64,000 bases of DNA from assembly GCA_951406725.2 (NCBI GenBank), contig OX597830.1, positions 75,144,001 through 75,208,000 on the forward strand, in the 5' to 3' direction. The notes beneath the pieces were generated by a model. It worked only from the letters and a program-made list of their open reading frames with translations, made no database searches and was not told the origin of the DNA. Source of the DNA: Octopus vulgaris. Its lineage: Eukaryota. This document shows positions 55,243-64,000 of this stretch, in pieces (the stretch's first letter is position 1; the number at the start of each line of letters is the position of its first letter). The translations under genes and the position numbers were made by a program.

Positions 55243-56257
55243 GTAACAGAATATAGTATCTGAGCATTGAATGAATTTTTATCCGCTAGCAAGTACGTTG
55301 ACACTTAAAACAGTTCGCGAAGGCTTGGTACAGGCTATCAACAAACATATTCGCTTGTGTATGACAGCTGAACTAATGCATGGTGAATTGAAAATATTTT
55401 CAGGCAACTGATATTCCCAAAGCAATTGAAAATCAAAATCTCTACTTATGGTATATTAAAATATTAAAGTAAGAGAAATAATGTTTCTTCATTACGTGAT
55501 TACACCATGGTTTCTGTTAAACATAGTTTGTATAAACTGCATTATACATTTTTTGTTATCGTTTTTTTGGTAAAATTGCTTTGTCTTTATTTTAGGCTGT
55601 CAGAGACTCATTTGAGAGTGATTTCTCTGTTATTTCAAGCCTTTCGACTTGATTGTACAGAGGCTTCTCTCGTTGATTCGTAGGTAATTAAAGCAGACAT
55701 GATAGGTAAACTGGTAGTTAAGAATATCCTCGTTGTCGGTGTTGCCACTGCTGCTGCTGCTGCTGCTACTTCTGTTATTGTTGTTGTTGAATACCAGGTT
55801 AGATTTGATCAAGCAGACTGATGATCAAAAGGCGTTCCAGCCATTTCCATTCGGTTTTTGTTTTATTTTTATTTTTCTCTAACATATTGTGTCTAGTGCT
55901 GCATTATCGAATAAGTCCTTCCTTTTTGTGAGAGAGAACGCGTGATTACAGAGAGTTTTAGCTGCAATTTGTAACCAATTCAATGACCGTTTCCAGTTGA
56001 TGTTTGTTATTACTACATATACAAGCACATATATACACTCACAAACAGACACACATAAGCATACGCAAACATACACACGCCTGTAATGAGGAGCCTTATA
56101 TGTGTACATTTACATCATATGTATATATATATATATATATATGTCTATATGATTATATATATATGTGTGTATGTGGATGCATATATATATATATATGTAT
56201 GTATGTATATATATATATATATATGTATGTATATGTATATATATATATATATATATG

Positions 56258-56308
<51 letters not shown>

Positions 56309-56491
56309 ATATAGCCATGTGCGCGCCACTGTATGTGTATACGTATGGGCTTACGCATGTTTGCATTACTATATGTGCGTGTGCGTATAAAAAGGCTTGG
56401 ATGCACAATAGATTTAGTTATCCTTGCGTAATCCTTATTAACACACGTTCGCATACGAAACACATACACACAGACACACACAAACACACAT

Positions 56492-56526
<35 letters not shown>

Positions 56527-56676
56527 TATACAATGTCGGAAATATATATCTGAGATAGAGAGAGAGAGAGGGGGAGTAAGAGGGGAGAATGAGTGACTGT
56601 GTGTTCATGAGTGTATGGCAATCAGGATTATGCAAGCTTATCTAAAATCATCGTCCATCCAAGCTTGTGAGGCTGA

Positions 56677-56787
<111 letters not shown>

Positions 56788-57383
56788 TATAATATATATA
56801 TATATATATATATTGATATATTGATGTATTGATATATATATGTATATATATATATATGTATATATATGTATATATAAACGAACATGTACACGAACATAGA
56901 TACAGACGTGCATGCATACGTACGTACGTACATACATACATATAACTGCGCAGTCGACCCTATCTCATTTAGTGAAAGACAATATGAAATGCAATACAGA
57001 AATTATGGCCGATTCATAGGTTACATAAATTCCTTTATGTTGCCGTTACACTATACGCTCCCAAGTGTTCTCAGTGCTTCACCCGAGCGTCTACTTAGCC
57101 AACGTGGCCAACACACGAAACTCCATTGCTTAAGCTTCTGCTTCATCCACCCGCCCACCCCCACGCTAAACCTCCACCAGCCACAGTTTCAATGAAGGCC
57201 ATCACGAGCATCGCCAACACGAACATCGTTGTACGTACAATCACTCACGCACACCACCACCACGTCCGTCCGCCCGCCCGCTCGCACATTCACACACATA
57301 CATACACACACACAAATAAGCATACACATGGATTCATAGGCAAGCATAGATGTACAAATAAGCACATATAGATATATAGGCAT

Positions 57384-57448
<65 letters not shown>

Positions 57449-57539
57449 GTATGTATATATACATATAGCCATGTGTGCGCCACCGTATATGTGTATGGAC
57501 TTATGTATATATATATATATACATATATCACACATATAC

Positions 57540-57631
<92 letters not shown>

Positions 57632-58049
57632 CAGATAGATATTTATATACATACATATATACACCCATACATAAACATATATCTAGATATGCACGTATAC
57701 ACATGCATATAACTGCACAGTCACATAGATGTACACACACACACACACACGACCTCACACACACACGAACTCACACGTACACAAACACGCACACGTACAC
57801 AAATATACGCACAAACGCGTACACTACTCGTCAGACGCAAGGCAAGTCACACACACACGCGCGTCGTCGTCGTCTTCCAAGCAATCACACCGGGCGTCAA
57901 CCCTTGTGCTGGCTGAGTGCTTGCTTCACTGTCTGAAGTTGACAAAATCAATAACAGTGTGCGAGGCCGTTTGATCTGTAACGTCTGATAGCTCGGCACG
58001 AACGCTGTTGTAATTTGTTACATTCCGGGCGGGATGAAGGCCATACTAG

Positions 58050-58289
58050 TTATTATGGCCGTGGTGGTGGCGGTGGTGGTGGTGGTGGTGGTGGTGGTGA
58101 CTGTATTTGTGGCGGCTGTAGTGGTGTGAATGGTTATGAGGGTGAGATGGGTGGTGGCACTCAGGCGTCGGCGTCGTCGTTGGTGTCCTTGTCTTGGCGT
58201 TGGTGTTGGTGTTGGTGTTGTTCGTGGTGGCGATGGCTGCTGTATTCGTGGTGTTAATGGCTGCTGTGATGATTGATACCATAGTTACG

Positions 58290-58325
<36 letters not shown>

Positions 58326-60510
58326 CTGCTCAGGACGGCGATGTTGGCAATGATGGTCTTTCTGATAATGAAGACGATGGTAGTGGTTGTGGTGATGATG
58401 ATGATGACAACGGTGATAATATTGATATTGGTGGTGGTGGTGGTGGTGGTTGTGGTGATGATGATGAAGACAATGATGGTGGTTGTGGTGGTGGTGGTGG
58501 TGATGATGATGATGACAACGGTGATAATAGTGATAGTGGTGGTGGTGGTGGTAATGATGAAGACAACGATGGTGGTTGTGGCGGTGGTGGTGGTGGTGGT
58601 GGTGATGATGATGAAGACAATGGTGATGGTGGTGGTGGTGGTGGTGGTGATGATTTCTGTCATAATGTGAACAGTAGTAGATGGTGATGTTGGACGATGC
58701 TTTCAAAGATGGTAATGGTCATACCACTCTTAGTTGAAATGGTCGTCGTTTTCGTGCTGTTGTTTCTGACGTTGGTGTTAACGATGTCCTTAATGGCAGT
58801 GGTGTTGATGGTGGTCTAATATGTAGCTGTGGTCTAAGATGTGAAGTGGTCTTAGTATGATAGTCTCAATAGATATGATAGTGCTTGTTGCGAGAATCTT
58901 GATGGTGTATTAATGATGGCAATTGTGATGTTCATGGTAGTCGTAGAATTGATGATGGTCTGAGCGATAATAATGACCACGATGTTGGTCTTAGTAATGA
59001 CCATGATGTGGAGATGATAGCCTTGGTCTTGGTGGTGGTGGTGGTGGTGATGGTGGTGATTTTAATGATGATGGTAGTCGTGGCCGTGATGGCGGCAGTG
59101 GCGGTGGAGCTGATTGTGGTCGTGGTAGTAGTGTTGGTAGAAGTGGTGGAGTTGGTGATCGTGGCGGTCGTGGTAATGATGTGGATGGTAATGATGGTGG
59201 TGTTAGTCGAGATTGTTGCATTGATGGTGATTTGGGAGCGGCGGTATTTGGTGGCGCTCCTGATCTTAGTGACGGTAAAGATAGTGATGATGATGGTGAT
59301 GGTGGTGGTGGTGGTGTGGTGTACATCATGGTGATGATAGTGATGATTTAAGTGTGGATGGCTACGTTGACGGCATTGACGGTTTTAACAACGTTGACGG
59401 CGTTGACGACGTTAACAGCGTTGACGGCATTGGCGGAGTTGACGGCGCTGACGACTTTGACAGCATTGACAACGTTGGACGTTTTGACGGTGTTCATGAC
59501 GTTGGTGGACTTTTTGTTAGTAGTTGAGAACGTTATTGAAGATAGCAGTAGAGATGGTGATGCAGGTGGTATTAATGGTGGTGGCAGTGGTCTCTATAGT
59601 GGTGTTGTTGATATTTATCCAAAGGTACGTGAGATTGAGATGTTTGTGAAAATGTTGGCTTTCGTCCTCTTACTGTTGGCTGCGATATTGACTCTTGTGG
59701 TGTTAATAGCATGAGCAGTAGTGGTCTTCATGCTGGTGGTGAATGTTCCTGTAGAAGCTGTGATGGTGGGGGAGTTGATGGCAGTAGTTGTGGTTTTGGT
59801 AGTAGTGCTGCTGGTGGTTTGTATGTTTTGATGGAGGTGGCGGTCTTGTTGACGGTGTGTGTGAAAAAAGGGTTGTAACGCTGGTGTTTAAATCGTGTCA
59901 GCATGGTATTGTTGCTGTTGTTGTTGTTGATGATGTTGTTGTTAGTGATTGTGTTCATGGAGGTGGTGTTGGTGGCGGTGATGATGATCAGGGTGTTGTG
60001 TTGCTTGTGTGAATAGTGGCAAATGGTGTTGGTGGTGGTGGTGGTAGAAGTTGTGGCGTCGGAGATAGCGGAGGTGTTGTATATCGTGGGAGTATGGTGG
60101 TGTTGTTGTTTTTGTTATTGGTGGTGCTATTGCTGCTGATGCTGATGGTGCGGGTGCTGGTGGTGGCGTCGGTAGCAGTGGTGGTTGTCTTAGTAGTTGT
60201 GGTGGTGGTGGTAGTGGTGTTTGAGATATAGCAATAGTGGTGGCGACGGTGTTGGTGTTCGTACTGGTGATGTCGATGGTGGTGGTAGTGGTGGCGTCGG
60301 TGGTGGTGGAGGTGGGTGGTGGTGGTGGAGGTGGTGGAGGTGGTGGAGGTGGTGGTAATGGTCGTAGTGGTGGTGGTGGTGGTGGTGACGCCAGCGTTGT
60401 TGCTGCTGTTGGTGAGCGTGTGTTGATGGTGATGTTGGTGGTGGTGGTGATGGTAGTGTTGTTGTTGGTGGTGGAGGTGGTGTTGCTTGGATGGCGGTGT
60501 TAGCGGTGGC
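58050..60510. repeat. GT-skewed mixed trinucleotide low-complexity region including a 9-bp (gttgacggc)n array
   Basis: GGT/GAT/GTT/AGT triplet mosaics; 9-mer array at ~59362-59490. Confidence 0.85.
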
Positions 60511-60690
60511 GGTGTTGCCTCAATTACTTTAGGAATTCCCTTGTGTTCCGACTGCCTTTCATTCTATATTGATCAAAAATTTATTTGAAGTTTCCACAAC
60601 TCAAAGCGAAAGAGAAAAAGAATGAGAGGGAGAAAGAAATACCGAAAGAGAGAGAGAGTGAATGAGTGAGTGAGAAAGAGACTTATACAA

Positions 60691-60725
<35 letters not shown>

Positions 60726-61439
60726 AAGAAAAGAATGAAAGAAAGAATGAAAGAGAGAAAGAGAGAGAGTATGTGTGTGATTGGGAATAACTGAGAGAGA
60801 AATGATGGAAGTGTTAGTCTATTGGATAGAAAGAGAGACAGAGATAGAGAGGGAGAAAGACAGAGAGAGAGCATGAGTGAATGAGCTTGTATGAGAAAGA
60901 TATTGGGGGAGTGAGCAAATATGTGAATCATAAACAGATACTGGAGAATTAGAGAAGCAGAGAGAGCGTAAGAGAGAGAGAGAGAGAGAGACAGAGAGAC
61001 AGAAACTGAGGGTGATATGGCTGGCGTGAGTATGTGTGAAAGTGAAAGTAAGAGAGAGAGAGAGAGGGGGAAAGATGAAGAGTCAAATATTGTGTACGCG
61101 TTCATTTCTATGTGTTCTCGTACGTTTTCAGTACGTAAGAGCCAATGCGATACAGAAAAATTAAAGAGATAGAAATACATAACGAGTAAAACTGTAACAA
61201 AAGAGTAAATGCCATAGATTATAATAGAATTGTCTTTAATTCTTTCTTACGTACTCCTGTATGAGTTTGAATGCAATTTTGTATATCTTTATCTCTCTCT
61301 GCCTCTTTCTGCCTCTTTCTCACTCTCTCTCTCTCTCTCTCTGTTTCTCACATTCTCTCCTTCTCTCTGTCTATCTATATGCAAGCATACATATATAAAT
61401 GCACGAATACATGCATACACACAGATATACACATATATG

Positions 61440-61496
<57 letters not shown>

Positions 61497-62019
61497 ATAT
61501 ACATACATACATATATATACATGTATGTATGTATGTATGTAAATGTTTATAAGCACATAAATATATACACAGAAGCATTAATAAATAATACATACATATG
61601 TAAGTACATGTATGTATATTTATGTATGTAAGTACGTACATATGTATGTATGTACGCATGGATGCATGCATATATGTTTATATGTATGTAAGTACGCATG
61701 TATGTATGCATGCATGTATGTATATATGTGTGTATGTTTGTTTGTTTGGATGTATTATTGTGTCCCGTATCATGCAGGCTCCATTCATTATTTACATTGT
61801 GCTTCAGAGATTGAACAATGGAAAGAGCGAAACGAACGTCTGCAGCCCATAAGATACTGTTGTCAATAAAATAAATACAGTGTACACTCAAAATGTATTG
61901 AGTCCATTTTTTAATATCATCTAATAATATGATAAAAACGGAAGGAGTAAAAGTAAAAAAGAAAATAGCATTATGTATAGCTTGCGTATCATAAATAATA
62001 TGTAGAGAGCTACATAAAT

Positions 62020-62392
62020 TATTTCAGTCATGTGACACTGGCCATGCTGGAGCACCGCCTTTAGTCGAGCAAATCGACCCCCGGACTTATTCTTTGTAAT
62101 CTAATACTTATACTCTCGGTCTCTTTTACCGAACTGCTAAATTACAGGAACGTAAACAGACCAACATCGGTTGTCAAGCGATAGTGAGGGAACAAACAGA
62201 CACACACACATACACACACACATATGTATACGACGGGCTTCTTTCAGTTTCCGTCTACCATATCCACTCACAAGGCTTTGGTCGGCCCGAGGCTATAGTA
62301 GTAGACACGTGCCCAAGCTGCTTCACAGTGGGACTGAACTCGGAACATGTGGTTTGTAAGCAAGCTACTTACCGCACAGCCACCAATGCGCG
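62020..62392 (-). mobile_element. CORE-type SINE
   Basis: Reverse complement of the 7928 family. Confidence 0.85.
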
Positions 62393-62461
62393 CGTATTTT
62401 TTAATAAATATTCTTGAAATTAATCCTATGTAGCGCTAAAAATCGTCGGAGATAGTTGTCA

Positions 62462-62625
62462 GGGGGCAGTTTAGTCTAATGGTAAGGCACTCAGCCGGTG
62501 TCTTCGGGGATATTGGTTCGACTTCCATGTCTCTTTGTCGACATCTTTTCCTACCTTGTCAGGGTAATAATACCTGATTTTGATGGGTATATTGGGCTTC
62601 GTATATTTGTACCCGAGAGTCACTC
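62462..62625 (+). mobile_element. Short tRNA-derived SINE of a further family
   Basis: A-box-like TAGTCTAATGG, B-box-like GGTTCGACT; 3' end gatgggtatattgggcttcgtatat..gtcact followed by aataataat. Confidence 0.5.
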
Positions 62626-63204
62626 AATAATAATAATGTCAATAGCAACTATGATATTATTATTCATGCCATAAAAGTGACACTAGTGTAATATATACGA
62701 AACCCTATATACCCACCATGACTACCCATCTGATAAGGATACACCAGGTACATGCATCAAATACATATGTGCGCAACATAGTGATTTCATATCAAGAAAA
62801 AACAGTGCATGATCTTGCAGGTAGAGCACAGATAGAAGATTTTAGGTCATACCGCTCAAAAGGTTCCTGAAAAAGGCTCGTTTGAGGATGTTGAACGAAA
62901 CACCCATGTTTCCAGATGTGAATTATTCGAATCTTATAGAATTCCTCTTGACACATGGCTATGAGGCTCCTCCATTATTTCTGCTCGTGATCAGATAAGC
63001 AAATATTTTCTGCCACTAAGGGACACGCTCAACTAGTGAAGGACAAACAACTGGCAAGCAAATCTGTGGTAGTGAGCAGAATATTTGCTGTAGCCCATCT
63101 TTTATAGCAAGACAAAACATATAAATGATAACACTTCCAATCAGTTAAGATCAGAAGCCATGAGAGCCACTACTTAGTATTGCCTCAAGGCATTATTGCT
63201 GTTG

Positions 63205-63274
<70 letters not shown>

Positions 63275-63287
63275 CATTATTATTATT

Positions 63288-63790
63288 CAGTAGTTTTTTT
63301 TATAGTGTGCTTTCACTTCACTACCGAGCGCAGCTCTGTGTGCCTTGGGTATGTGCTGTGATTTGTTGTGATGCTCTGATGGTTATTGTATGGGAAGTGT
63401 TCTGCGTAGGATGTGTGCAGTTCCTAGTAATGCAATTTTCTATATGTTATATGTGTTTGTAAGTCCTGGTGTTTTTGTTATGTATTTGTCTGAATATTTT
63501 TTCATCATGCCTAATGCACCTACTATGATAGGAATTGTTGCTGTTTTTAGATTCCACATTCTGGTGACCTCTATTTCCAGGTCTTTGTATTTTGAAAGTT
63601 TCTCCATTTCTTTTAGAGACACGTTGTCATCTGCCGGTATTGATACATCAATTAGAAAGCATTTTTTTCTTCATGATCTCTGACAACTATATCTGGTTTG
63701 TTGGCCTTAATTTCTCTATCTGTGTGTATCGGCATATCCCAGAGTATGGTTGCTTTAACCCATCAAGGTTATCTTTTGTAGTTCACGGAG
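63288..63790 (-). mobile_element. R4/Dong-clade LINE 3' remnant ending in (TAA)n
   Basis: KEMEKLSKYKDLEIEVTRMWNLKTATIPIIVGALG..IALLGTAHILRRTL; 3' UTR abuts (TTA)n at 63208-63287. Confidence 0.9.
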
Positions 63791-64000
63791 ATTGGAGTTA
63801 CCAGAGAGTTACTTAATATACTTATCATCTCCCTTCTTTATGATTCCTAACGCAGCAATCACTACTGCAATTATCGTAGTACTTGGCTTCCATTTTTCTC
63901 TTTTTTTATTTCAGTTTGCAGAACATTTTAGTGAGGTAGCTTTTCGTAATCTTTTCTTGGGACATTTTGATCTTGTGGGACTGACATATATATTAATAGA

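Noticed and set aside
58254-58706. His-rich ORF as a cephalopod beak-type histidine-rich protein
   Set aside because: Pure CAC/CAT runs with overlapping frames equally open; lacks Gly-His repeat motifs and a signal peptide.

Overview
AT-rich, microsatellite-dense, non-coding eukaryotic DNA. The SINE repertoire and abundant (AT)n/(AAT)n/(ATAC)n tracts suggest a coleoid cephalopod, probably Octopus (inference, no database search). I found no intact host protein-coding gene; nearly all ORFs in the track are translated microsatellites. Recognisable content: many tRNA-derived SINEs of several modular families, four R4/Dong-type LINE remnants, a decayed Helitron helicase plus a non-autonomous Helitron, three mariner remnants, one DD41D transposase remnant, and several foldback elements. 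The most notable signal is at 27960-29366: three foldback elements inserted side by side in (AT)n tracts, each carrying a minimal type I hammerhead ribozyme motif of the kind known from Penelope-like elements and retrozymes. Two are canonical and show a compensatory change in stem II; the third has a U3-A8 compensated core. Two weaker hammerhead motifs lie at ~26445 and ~34221. A 44-bp element occurs three times, always right after an (AAT)n tract. All alignments and folds were done by eye; repeat boundaries are approximate.
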